Source: Bradyrhizobium sp.
GTDB lineage: Bacteria > Pseudomonadota > Alphaproteobacteria > Rhizobiales > Xanthobacteraceae
Assembly (NCBI GenBank): GCA_035652015.1
Contig: DASREP010000050.1
Span: 11,876-75,875, forward strand
DNA: 64,000 bases
Direction: 5' to 3'
In this document: positions 50,443 through 59,633 of the stretch, piece after piece
How positions within the stretch are numbered: the stretch's first letter is position 1
Layout: every line of letters starts with the position of its first letter
Notes under the pieces: generated by a model
The model's database searches: none
Seen by the model: the letters and a program-made list of their open reading frames with translations, nothing else
What the model was told of the DNA's origin: nothing
Position numbers and translations under genes: made by a program

Positions 50443-51425
50443 TCGAGGAGGCGCTGAGCCGCTCGGTGCGGCGCTGGCATGCGGGCGCAACCGGCGTCGC
50501 TGCAGCGACAAAATTGTCCGGCGGCGCCAGCCAGGAGACCTGGTCGTTCGAGATTGTGCAGGCGTCCGGCAGTCTCGGCGCCATCCTGCGCCGCGCTCCG
50601 AAAGGCTATGGCGCATCGCCGACCCGCGCGGCGGGGCTCGGCGCCGAAGCGCGGCTGATGCAGCTCGCCTACGACGCCGGTGTGCCGTCGCCGCGCGTGC
50701 TCCATGTGCTGACGCCGGATGATGATCTCGGCACCGGCTTCGTGATGGCCCGCGTGGAAGGCGAGACCATCGCACGCAAGATCCTGCGCGATGCGGAGTT
50801 CGCCGACGCACGCCCGAAGCTCGCGCGGCAACTCGGCCGGATCGCAGCGACCATCCATGGGCTGCCGCGTGAAAAGCTTCCGGAGCTGCGGCGGCTGACG
50901 GCGACCACGGAAATCGCCGAGCTCGCGCGCGAATATCGCAGCCTCAACTGGCCGAAGCCGGTGTTCGAGCTCGCGCTGCGCTGGCTGAGCGAACACGATC
51001 CCGGCCCGCCGGAGCAGGAAACGCTGGTGCATGGTGATTTCCGACATGGCAATCTCATCATCGGTCCCGACGGCGTTCGCGCCGTGCTGGACTGGGAGCT
51101 CGCCCATATCGGCGACCCCATGGAGGACCTTGGCTGGATCTGCGTCAACTCCTGGCGCTTTGGCGAGATCGACAAGCCGGTCGGCGGGTTCGGCTCTCGT
51201 GAGGAGCTGTTCGCGGGCTACGAGGCGTCCGGTCGAAAGGTCGATGCTGACAGGGTCAAATTTTATGAGGTGATGGGCACGTTGCGCTGGGGCGTGATGT
51301 GCGGCGGCATGATGCAGCGGTTTCGGCTCGGCCCTGACCACTCCATGGAACGCGCGATGATCGGCCGTCGCGCATCGGAGACCGAGATCGATCTGCTGCG
51401 GCTGTTGGCGCCGAGGGGGAGTTAG
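50439..51425 (+). CDS. APH-family phosphotransferase (LvaA / ACAD10-11 kinase-like)
   Basis: LSGGASQETW, HGDFRHGN and LDWELAHIGDPMEDLGW; ATGA-coupled to the upstream gene. Confidence 0.9.
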   Translation: MIEEALSRSVRRWHAGATGVAAATKLSGGASQETWSFEIVQASGSLGAILRRAPKGYGASPTRAAGLGAEARLMQLAYDAGVPSPRVLHVLTPDDDLGTGFVMARVEGETIARKILRDAEFADARPKLARQLGRIAATIHGLPREKLPELRRLTATTEIAELAREYRSLNWPKPVFELALRWLSEHDPGPPEQETLVHGDFRHGNLIIGPDGVRAVLDWELAHIGDPMEDLGWICVNSWRFGEIDKPVGGFGSREELFAGYEASGRKVDADRVKFYEVMGTLRWGVMCGGMMQRFRLGPDHSMERAMIGRRASETEIDLLRLLAPRGS

Positions 51426-51428
51426 GCG

Positions 51429-51806
51429 ATGCAGGACGAACCGACTCCAACGGAACTGACCAAAGCCGTTGCGGATTTCCTCCGCAACGACATCGCGCCG
51501 ACGCTCTCGGGCCACAACGCGTTCAAGCTCCGCGTCGCGATCAACATGCTCGATCTGGTGACGCGGCAATTGACGCTAGAGGAGGGGAGCGATGCCGCGG
51601 AAGCCACGCGGCTGCGGCAGCTGCTCGGCATGGAGGGCACGCTGCTCGAATTGAACCGCACGCTCGCCGACAAGATCGCGAGCGGCGAGATGGACCTGCA
51701 GACGCCGGGGCTGGCCGAGCATCTGTGGCAGACCACGATGGACAAGCTGGCGGTCGATCAGCCGGGATACGCGGCATACAAGCGGGAGTTGGGACGTAAG
51801 GGTTAG
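51429..51806 (+). CDS. small helical partner of the phosphotransferase (DUF6285 / LvaB-like)
   Basis: MQDEPT..EL..AV..FL, F..RVAIN.L..V.R and KLAVDQPGY; starts 3 bp after the APH stop. Confidence 0.8.
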   Translation: MQDEPTPTELTKAVADFLRNDIAPTLSGHNAFKLRVAINMLDLVTRQLTLEEGSDAAEATRLRQLLGMEGTLLELNRTLADKIASGEMDLQTPGLAEHLWQTTMDKLAVDQPGYAAYKRELGRKG

Positions 51807-51819
51807 CCATAGCCGCATA

Positions 51820-51907
51820 CTCCGTCATTGCGAGGAGCGAAGCGACGAAGCAATCCAGAGTCCAGCGCTCGGCCCCGGATTGCTTCGCTTCGCTCGCAAT
51901 GACGGAG
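51820..51907. repeat. palindromic repeat family CCGTCATTGCGAG, copy 2 (opposite orientation)
   Basis: CTCCGTCATTGCGAG...CTCGCAATGACGGAG; between convergent genes. Confidence 0.9.
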
Positions 51908-51913
51908 CAGGCG

Positions 51914-52693
51914 TCACCGCCCCAGCCATTTCGGCGGCCGCTTCTCGGCAAACGCCTTCGGTCCCTCGATATAATCCTGCGACTCCACCATCGCATTCAC
52001 CGCCGGATAGTCGCGCTGCTCGGTCATCGCCTGTTCCAGCGAGACGCCGAGGCCCTTCTGGATGGTCTGCTTCGAGGCGCGGATCGACATTGGCGAGTTC
52101 TTGCAAATGGTCTCCGCCCAGCGCAGGGCCGCCGAGAGCGCTTCGCCCTGCGGCACGACCTCGTTGACAAAGCCGAGTTCGAGCCCTTCGCGCGCCGGCA
52201 CGTGGCGCGCGGTCAGGATCATGCCCATGGCGCGCTTCAATCCGATTTGCCGCGGCAGCCGGTGCAGCCCGCCGGCAAGCGCCGCAAGGCCGACGCGCGG
52301 CTCGGGCAGGGCAAAGGTCGCGTTCTCCGAGGCGATGATGAGGTCGCAGGCAAGCGCGATTTCGAACCCGCCGCCCATGGCAACGCCATTGACGGCGGCG
52401 ATGATCGGCTTGTCGCAATCGAAGCGCGAGGTCAGCCCGGCGAAGCCGCCTTTGTCCCAGCCGCGCTTTCCGCCCGCCGCCTGCCATTTCAGGTCATTGC
52501 CGGCGCAGAAGGCCTTGTCGCCGGCGCCGGTGACGATCGCGACCCATTGTTCGGAATCGGCCGAAAAATCGTCGAACACCTTGTTGAGCTCGAAATGCGC
52601 CTCGATATGCAGCGCGTTGTAGACCTCGGGCCGCGACAGCGTGACGATGGTGATCGGCCCCTTGCGCTCGACCTTCGAGAATTTCAGCTCCAT
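51914..52693 (-). CDS. enoyl-CoA hydratase (crotonase, CaiD-like)
   Basis: AFCAGNDL, GGGFE and LPEPRVG, with both catalytic Glu present. Confidence 0.92.
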   Translation of the reverse strand: MELKFSKVERKGPITIVTLSRPEVYNALHIEAHFELNKVFDDFSADSEQWVAIVTGAGDKAFCAGNDLKWQAAGGKRGWDKGGFAGLTSRFDCDKPIIAAVNGVAMGGGFEIALACDLIIASENATFALPEPRVGLAALAGGLHRLPRQIGLKRAMGMILTARHVPAREGLELGFVNEVVPQGEALSAALRWAETICKNSPMSIRASKQTIQKGLGVSLEQAMTEQRDYPAVNAMVESQDYIEGPKAFAEKRPPKWLGR

Positions 52694-52849
52694 GTTCGCT
52701 CCCTCGGTTTTTCTGCGACGCGGAATGCGGCCAAAGCCATGCTAGCTTGTTTCCGCAAGCCCAAGTCATGCAATTATGTCATTCAATCACGCTACGCCAG
52801 CTGGTCCGGCCCTGGGCGAACAACGATAAACTAGACTGGGAGAAGCGCC

Positions 52850-54124
52850 TTGGATTTCGCATTGCCCGCCGACCTCGTCGCCTATCTCGACGAACTCGAC
52901 CGCTTCATCGCGCGCGAGATCAAGCCGCTGGAGGAGGCCGATGACAACATCCGCTTCTTCGACCATCGCCGCGAATGGGCGCGCACCGATTTCGAGCATG
53001 GCGGCCTGCCACGCCATGACTGGGAGGCGCTGCTGCGCAAGGCGAAGGACCGCGCCGACGCGGCGGGCCATCTGCGCTTTGCCATTCCAAAGCGCTATGG
53101 CGGCAAGGACGGCTCCAACCTGTGGATGGCCGTGATCCGCGAGCATTTTGCCGCCAAGGGGCTCGGCCTCCATAACGATCTGCAGAACGAGCATTCGATC
53201 GTCGGCAATTTCCCGCTCGTCACCATGCTCGACCGCTACGGCAGCGATGAACAGAAGGCGATGATCGAGGGCTCGCTCACGGGCAAGTACCGCATCACCT
53301 TTGGCCTGACCGAACCGCATCACGGCTCGGATGCCACGCATATGGAAACGCGCGCGCAGCCGGCCACCCGCGACAACGTCAAGGGCTGGGTCATCACCGG
53401 CGAGAAGATGTGGACGACCGGCATGCATGTCGCCACGCATTGCGCGCTGTTTGCGCGCACCTCGGGCAATGACGGCGACGCCCGCGGCATCACCTGTTTC
53501 CTGGTGCCGGCGAAATCGGCAGGCGTGAAGGTCGAAGAGTACATGTGGACCTTCAACATGCCGACTGATCACCCGCGCGTCAGCTTCACCGACGTGTTCG
53601 TGCCGGAGGATGCGCTGTTCGGCGAAGTCGGGCGTGGGCTGTCGCTGGCGCAATGCTTTGTCCATGAGAACCGCATCCGCCAGGCCGCAAGCTCGCTCGG
53701 GGCCGCGGTCTATTGCATCAATGAGAGCGTGAAATACGCGCGTGAGCGCAAACCCTTCGGCAAGGCGCTCGCGGAGAACCAGGCCATCCAGTGGCCGCTG
53801 GTCGAGCTTGCGACCCAGGCCGAGATGCTGCGGCTCCTCATCCGCAAGACGGCGTGGGAAATGGATCAGCTCACCCAGGCGCAGGTCGAGCACACGCTAT
53901 CGGACAAGGTGTCGATGTGTAACTTCTGGGCCAACCGGCTGTGCTGCGAGGCCGCGGACACCGCCATGCAGGTGCATGGCGGCATGGGCTACTCGCGCCA
54001 CAAGCCGTTCGAGCACATCTACCGTCACCATCGCCGCTATCGCATCACCGAAGGCAGCGAGGAGATCCAGAAGCGGAAAGTGGCGGGATTTTTGTTCGGC
54101 TACATGGGCGCGGGGAAGCATTGA
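52850..54124 (+). CDS. acyl-CoA dehydrogenase family protein
   Basis: FGLTEPHHGSD, GEKMWTT, QVHGGMG and RITEGSEEIQ; TTG start with RBS GGGAG. Confidence 0.93.
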   Translation: MDFALPADLVAYLDELDRFIAREIKPLEEADDNIRFFDHRREWARTDFEHGGLPRHDWEALLRKAKDRADAAGHLRFAIPKRYGGKDGSNLWMAVIREHFAAKGLGLHNDLQNEHSIVGNFPLVTMLDRYGSDEQKAMIEGSLTGKYRITFGLTEPHHGSDATHMETRAQPATRDNVKGWVITGEKMWTTGMHVATHCALFARTSGNDGDARGITCFLVPAKSAGVKVEEYMWTFNMPTDHPRVSFTDVFVPEDALFGEVGRGLSLAQCFVHENRIRQAASSLGAAVYCINESVKYARERKPFGKALAENQAIQWPLVELATQAEMLRLLIRKTAWEMDQLTQAQVEHTLSDKVSMCNFWANRLCCEAADTAMQVHGGMGYSRHKPFEHIYRHHRRYRITEGSEEIQKRKVAGFLFGYMGAGKH

Positions 54125-54188
54125 CGCGCGCTCTGTCGTCCCAGCGAAAGCCCCAAGAGAGCGTAGTTGTCGCGCACCCTGTCTCCTC

Positions 54189-54236
54189 CGTCATGCCCGG
54201 GGCTTGGGACAAGCCAGGACAAGCCCGGCCATGACG
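54189..54236. repeat. degenerate palindromic repeat (CGTCATGnCCGG...CAAGCCCGGCCATGACG)
   Basis: Imperfect terminal inverted repeat with duplicated GGACAAGCC; between convergent genes. Confidence 0.6.
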
Positions 54237-54292
54237 CGTGCGATTGGCTAATTCCCGTCTCAGCACTCCGTGGGCCGCGACCACAGCGTGTC

Positions 54293-55873
54293 TCAATTCA
54301 CCTGCCGGTCCTTGCCTTCCCAATAGGGATCCCGCAATTGCCGGCGCAGGATCTTGCCTGAGGGGTTGCGCGGCAGCGCCGGCACAAAATCCACCGATTT
54401 CGGCGTCTTGTAGCCCGCGATGCGCTCGCGGGTGAAATTGATGATGTCGGTTGGGGTTGCCGTCTTGCCCGGCTTCAGCGCGACGACCGCCTTCACAGCT
54501 TCGCCCCATTTGTCGTCGGGGATACCGATCACGGCGGCTTCCGCAATGTCGGGGTGATCGCAAAGCGCGCTCTCCACCTCCGCCGGATAGATGTTCTCGC
54601 CGCCGGAGATGATCATGTCCTTGATGCGGTCGTGGATGTAGAGATAGCCGTCCTCGTCCAGGTAGCCGGCATCGCCGGTGCGCAGCCAGCCATTGCTGTC
54701 GAGCGTGCGCGCCGTTGCCTCGGGCAAATTCCAGTAGCCTGCCATGTTGGAGCCGGAGCGCGTCGCGATCTCGCCGACCTGGCGCGGCGGCAATGGCTTG
54801 CCGTCTACATCCAGGATCGCAAGCTCGACGCCGGCCATCGCCTTGCCGGCCGAGCGCATCCGCTCGGATCCCTCGACATGGTCCTCCGGCGGCAGCGCCA
54901 CGATGGCGCCGGTGGTCTCGGTCATGCCGTAGACCTGCACGAAGCCGCACTTGAAAACCTCGATGCATTCCTTCAGCAGCGCCGCCGGTATCGGCGAGGC
55001 GCCGTACAGCATGTATTTCAGGCGCGAGAAATCCATCTGCCGCGCCCGCGGCTGGCGCACGACGAACTGCATTGCCGCCGGCACCATGAACAGTTTTGTA
55101 ATGCCGTCCCTCTCGATGAAGTCCAGCACTTTGGTCGGATCGAACTCCCGCGCGATCACGCCGCGCGCGCCCTGATAGAGGCCCATCACGCCCCAGCCGG
55201 AGCCGCCGATGTGAAACAAGGGCATAGCGACCAGCGAGACGTCGTCGGCGGTCCACCTGTTCCATTCCGGCTGCTCTGCGTCATCGCCCGCGTTGACCAG
55301 GTTGAAGAAGTTGGCGTGTGACAGCATCGCGCCTTTTGGTTTTCCCGTGGTGCCGGAGGTGTAGAGCTGGATCGCGATATCCGTCGGCGTCACCTCGATG
55401 CCGGGGTCGGCATCGCTCTGTGCGTCGCGCCAGGCCGCAAAATCCTGCCATTCGGTTGCGCCGCCTTCGGTGGTGATGACGGTGCGCACGGTCCCGAGTT
55501 GCGGCAGGATGCCGCGGGCCAGTGCGATGAACTCGGGGCCGACGAACAGCACGGGCGCCTTGCAGTCCTCGACAATGAAGGCGACCTCGGGTCCGGCCAG
55601 GCGCCAATTGATCGGCGCCAGCACGATCCTCGCCTTGATCGCGCCGAGCATGAGCTCGAAAAAGATGTCGCTGTTCTTGCCGAGATAGGCGATGCGCTCG
55701 CCAGGCTGCACGCCGAGCGCCTTCAGCGCATTGGCAACGCGATTGGTGTTGCGGTCGAACGCGGCGAAGGTGGTGGTGCGGCCTTCGAACTCAAACGCGA
55801 CCTCATTACCGCGGTTGTTGGCCTGCAGGCGCACCAATTCGGCCAGCGTCGCTGGCTGCACAATTGCGGACAT
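54293..55873 (-). CDS. long-chain fatty acid-CoA ligase
   Basis: YTSGTTGKPKG, YGMTE, RTGD, GGENIYPAEVE and PSGKI motifs. Confidence 0.93.
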   Translation of the reverse strand: MSAIVQPATLAELVRLQANNRGNEVAFEFEGRTTTFAAFDRNTNRVANALKALGVQPGERIAYLGKNSDIFFELMLGAIKARIVLAPINWRLAGPEVAFIVEDCKAPVLFVGPEFIALARGILPQLGTVRTVITTEGGATEWQDFAAWRDAQSDADPGIEVTPTDIAIQLYTSGTTGKPKGAMLSHANFFNLVNAGDDAEQPEWNRWTADDVSLVAMPLFHIGGSGWGVMGLYQGARGVIAREFDPTKVLDFIERDGITKLFMVPAAMQFVVRQPRARQMDFSRLKYMLYGASPIPAALLKECIEVFKCGFVQVYGMTETTGAIVALPPEDHVEGSERMRSAGKAMAGVELAILDVDGKPLPPRQVGEIATRSGSNMAGYWNLPEATARTLDSNGWLRTGDAGYLDEDGYLYIHDRIKDMIISGGENIYPAEVESALCDHPDIAEAAVIGIPDDKWGEAVKAVVALKPGKTATPTDIINFTRERIAGYKTPKSVDFVPALPRNPSGKILRRQLRDPYWEGKDRQVN

Positions 55874-56001
55874 GTTTCCCCCGTAAGGTTCGTTGTTGTC
55901 CGCAATACTGACGTCAGGCGGCGACAAAGACAATACGGGGAAGGGGGCTGCGCTATTTCAACACGGTCGTCCGGCCTCGCCGGGACGACCAGGTTGATGT
56001 A

Positions 56002-56874
56002 TCACCCCCTTTGCGCCCGATCCTTCTCGTTCTGCGCCTTGATGGAGTCCCGCGCCTTGGCCCAGTCGTCGTCACTCCAGTCGCGCAGCTGGTAGAAATT
56101 GCCGCCCATGGCCAGGGCCTGGGCGCCGTCCATGGCGATGGTCTCGCCATTGATCCAGTCGCAGCCGCCGGAGATCAGGAAGGTCGCGAGGTTCTGCAAT
56201 TCCTCCATGGTGCCGACGCGACCCATCGGGTTCATCGCCTTGGTGCGCGCGCCGGCCTCGTCGCCGGGCTTGATCCGCTTGCTCATGCCCTCGGTCGGAA
56301 TCTCGCCGGGCGCGATGGTGTTCAGCCGAATGCCGTAGCGACCCCATTCGGTTGCGAGCGACATGGTCATGGCATGAACAGCGGACTTGCTCATGGCCGA
56401 CGGCACCACGTAAGGCGAGCCGTTGCGCACCCAGGTCGTGGTGATCGACACCACATTGCCCGGCAGCTTGGCTGCGATCCAGCGCCGGCCGACGGCGTGG
56501 GTGACATAGAACGTGCCGTGCATGACGATATTGGCGATCGCATCGAAGCCGCGCGGGCTGAGCTCCTCGCTGCGCGAGATGAAATTGCCGGCGGCGTTGT
56601 TGATGAGATCGGTCAGCGGCCCCTCGCGAAAGATGGTCTCCACCATCTCGTCGACGGCCTGCGCATGGCGGATATCGACGCCATGGCTGGTGACCCGGCC
56701 GCCATAGAGATCCATCAGCTCGGTCGCGGTCTCGTCGCAGACGATCTTGCGGCGGCCGCAGATGTGGAGCTCGGCGCCGAGCTGGAGAAACCGCCCAGCC
56801 ATTGCCTTGCCCAAACCCGTGCCGCCGCCGGTGACCAGGATGCGTCGTCCTGCCAGAAGATTGTCTTTGAACAT
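56002..56874 (-). CDS. SDR of the 2,4-dienoyl-CoA reductase (DECR-like) subgroup
   Basis: TGGGTGLG, NNAAGNF and PSAMSK (Tyr-less active site typical of this subgroup). Confidence 0.85.
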   Translation of the reverse strand: MFKDNLLAGRRILVTGGGTGLGKAMAGRFLQLGAELHICGRRKIVCDETATELMDLYGGRVTSHGVDIRHAQAVDEMVETIFREGPLTDLINNAAGNFISRSEELSPRGFDAIANIVMHGTFYVTHAVGRRWIAAKLPGNVVSITTTWVRNGSPYVVPSAMSKSAVHAMTMSLATEWGRYGIRLNTIAPGEIPTEGMSKRIKPGDEAGARTKAMNPMGRVGTMEELQNLATFLISGGCDWINGETIAMDGAQALAMGGNFYQLRDWSDDDWAKARDSIKAQNEKDRAQRG

Positions 56875-56979
56875 GGGGGTCTTCCGTAAACAGACTGGTT
56901 GTTAATTGGTTGATTGACTAAATCCCTCCAACGCCGTTCTGTAAAGCTGCAACAACGGATAGGGCCCAAGGAGAATCTC

Positions 56980-57795
56980 ATGGAGAGCCGCGTCTCGATC
57001 GCGATTGCGGAGGGCGTCGCCGATGTCCGCCTGGTACGCGCGGACAAGATGAATGCGCTGGATGCCGATATGTTCGAGGCACTGGTCGCAGCCACAGATA
57101 GGCTGGCGCGCGAAAAAGGCGTACGCGCGGTGGTGCTGTCAGGGGAGGGACGTGCGTTTTGCGCCGGCCTCGACATGGGCCGCTTCGCCGCCATGAAGGA
57201 GAAAGGCGGCAATGGAATTCCGGGTGGCGAAAAGCGCGACCTCACTGTGCGTACGCATGGGCTGGCGAATTTTCCACAACAAGCGGTGTGGGGCTGGCGG
57301 CAGCTTCCGGTTCCCGTGATCGCTGCCGTGCATGGCGTGGCCTTTGGCGGTGGGTTCCAGCTCGCGCTCGGTGCCGACATGCGCTTTCTCGCAGCCGATG
57401 CGCGGATGTCGATCATGGAGATCAAATGGGGACTGGTGCCCGACATGGCGGGCACGCCGATCCTGGCAAGTCTGGTGCGCGACGATATCCTGCGCGACCT
57501 CACCTTCACGGGACGGATTTTTTCCGCCCAGGAGGCGCTTAGCTACGGCCTCGCAACGCGCATTTGCGACGATCCGCGCGCCGCAGCGCTGGAGGTTGCG
57601 CGTGAGATTGCGGGGAAAAGCCCGGATGCGATCCGCGCTGCCAAGCGCATGCTGAACAATCTGTCGCTCGATCCGGGGCCAGCGCTGCTCGCGGAATCGG
57701 TCGAGCAGCAGAAGCTGATCGGCAGCGCCAATCAGACCGAGGCGGTGCGCGCGAATCTCGAGAAGCGCGCGGCGAACTTTGTCGATCCAGGTTGA
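56980..57795 (+). CDS. crotonase/enoyl-CoA hydratase family protein
   Basis: AFCAGLD, GGGFQ and MEIKWGLVPDM motifs. Confidence 0.9.
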   Translation: MESRVSIAIAEGVADVRLVRADKMNALDADMFEALVAATDRLAREKGVRAVVLSGEGRAFCAGLDMGRFAAMKEKGGNGIPGGEKRDLTVRTHGLANFPQQAVWGWRQLPVPVIAAVHGVAFGGGFQLALGADMRFLAADARMSIMEIKWGLVPDMAGTPILASLVRDDILRDLTFTGRIFSAQEALSYGLATRICDDPRAAALEVAREIAGKSPDAIRAAKRMLNNLSLDPGPALLAESVEQQKLIGSANQTEAVRANLEKRAANFVDPG

Positions 57796-57803
57796 TATTT
57801 GCA

Positions 57804-57908
57804 CCGTCATTCCGGGGCGGTGCGTAGCACCGAACTATGGTGCGCAATTGCGCACCTGAGAATCTCGAGATTCCGGGTTCGGTCCTTTGGACCGCCCCGG
57901 AATGACGG
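57804..57908. repeat. GTCATTCCGGGGCG repeat, copy 2, with inserted perfect palindrome GGTGCGCAATTGCGCACC
   Basis: Same ends as 17561-17642 plus an extra internal module. Confidence 0.88.
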
Positions 57909-57946
57909 AGCGAAAAAATTCAAATCCGACCAAGATCGGCAAAACA

Positions 57947-59494
57947 ATGAGTGAAACGTCCCAACCCTATCTCGGCATCATCTCCGGCGAGCGTCGGCGC
58001 AGCCATGCCGAGGTCGCCGACCGTGCATCGCGGATTGCCGGCGGGCTGAGCCGGCTTGGCGTGCGTCAGGGCGATAGTGTCTGCATGCTGATGCGCAATG
58101 ACATCGCCTTCATCGAGGCGGCCTATGGCGCCATGCAGCTCGGCGCCTATGGCGTGCCGGTCAACTGGCATTTCAAGCCGGAGGAGATCAATTACATCCT
58201 CGAGGACTCCGGTACGTCCGTGTTGATCGGTCATGCCGATCTCTTGCATCAGCTGCGCGATGCGATTCCTCCACGCGTGACCGTGCTGAGCGTGCCGACC
58301 CCACCGGAAATCGTCGCCAGCTACAAGATTGATCCGGATCATCTCGCCAAACCCGATTTCGCGCGCGAGTTCGAAAGCTGGCTCGCCGAACAGCCGCGCT
58401 ATGACGGGCCGGCCGTGCCACAGCCGATGAACATGATCTACACCTCGGGCACCACGGGCCATCCCAAGGGCGTCCGCCGCGCCGCGCCGACGCCAGAACA
58501 GAACGCGGCGATGGAGCGGATGCGGGCCATGATCTATGGCCTCAAGCCGGGCGCGCGGACGCTGCTGCCGGGGCCGCTCTATCATTCCGCGCCGAATTCC
58601 TTCGGCATACGTTCCGGACGGCTCGGCGGCGTGCTGGTGTTGATGCCGCGCTTCGAGCCGGAAGAGTTCCTGCGCTTGATCGAGTCCGAGAGGATCGACA
58701 CCATTTTCATGGTGCCGACCATGTTCATCCGCCTGATGAAGCTGCCGAAGGAGGTGCGCAACAAATACGACATGTCCTCGCTGCGCCACGTCATCCATGC
58801 CGCCGCGCCCTGTCCAGCGGATGTCAAGCGCGCCATGATCGATTGGTGGGGGCCGGTGATCTATGAATTCTATGGCTCGACCGAATCCGGCGCTGTGACC
58901 TTCGCAACCTCGGACGATGCGCTGAAGAAGCCCGGCACGGTCGGCAAGATATCGCCCGGCGCCGAGCTGTGCTTTGTCGGCGAGGACGGCCGGGTGCTGC
59001 CGCAAGGGGAGATCGGCGAGATCTACTCCCGCATATCAGCCCATCCGGACTTCACCTACCACAACAAGCCGGAGAAGCGCGCCGAGATCGAGCGCGAAGG
59101 GTTCATCACGTCAGGCGATGTCGGCTATATCGACCCGGACGGCTACGTCTTCCTCTGCGACCGCAAGCGCGACATGGTGATCTCGGGCGGGGTCAATATC
59201 TATCCCGCCGAGATCGAGGCCGTGCTGCATGGCCTGCCCGGCGTCCATGATTGCGCCGTGTTCGGTATCCCCGACGCCGAGTTCGGCGAGGCGCTGATGG
59301 CCGTGGTCGAGCCGCAGCCGGGGGCGAGGCTCGACGTCGCTGATATCCGCAGGCAGCTGAAATCATCCCTTGCGGACTACAAGATCCCCAAACACATCGA
59401 AATTGCGACCGGCCTGCCGCGCGAGGACTCCGGCAAGATCTTCAAGCGCCGCCTGCGCGATCCCTATTGGGAGCGGGCGGGGCGGAAGATTTGA
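57947..59494 (+). CDS. acyl-CoA synthetase
   Basis: [31 protein letters not shown] and DSGKI motifs. Confidence 0.93.
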   Translation: MSETSQPYLGIISGERRRSHAEVADRASRIAGGLSRLGVRQGDSVCMLMRNDIAFIEAAYGAMQLGAYGVPVNWHFKPEEINYILEDSGTSVLIGHADLLHQLRDAIPPRVTVLSVPTPPEIVASYKIDPDHLAKPDFAREFESWLAEQPRYDGPAVPQPMNMIYTSGTTGHPKGVRRAAPTPEQNAAMERMRAMIYGLKPGARTLLPGPLYHSAPNSFGIRSGRLGGVLVLMPRFEPEEFLRLIESERIDTIFMVPTMFIRLMKLPKEVRNKYDMSSLRHVIHAAAPCPADVKRAMIDWWGPVIYEFYGSTESGAVTFATSDDALKKPGTVGKISPGAELCFVGEDGRVLPQGEIGEIYSRISAHPDFTYHNKPEKRAEIEREGFITSGDVGYIDPDGYVFLCDRKRDMVISGGVNIYPAEIEAVLHGLPGVHDCAVFGIPDAEFGEALMAVVEPQPGARLDVADIRRQLKSSLADYKIPKHIEIATGLPREDSGKIFKRRLRDPYWERAGRKI

Positions 59495-59522
59495 GGGGCG
59501 GAAGGCGTGGCCGAATAGACGC

Positions 59523-59550
59523 TGTCGTCCTGGCTTTCGCCAGGACGGCG
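59523..59550. terminator. GC-rich hairpin between the acyl-CoA synthetase and ppc
   Basis: TGTCGTCCTGGC-TTTC-GCCAGGACGGCG; may be a repeat fragment. Confidence 0.45.
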
Positions 59551-59633
59551 AGACCGCCTCTTTCTTGATCTTGCACTGCGACAAAAAACTTGCAGACTGC
59601 GAAACTGCCGGGCAGTTGCTGGAGCAGTCGCCA

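Noticed and set aside
50439-51425. Aminoglycoside resistance gene
   Set aside because: The APH fold is present, but the partner gene and beta-oxidation context indicate a metabolic acyl-CoA kinase.
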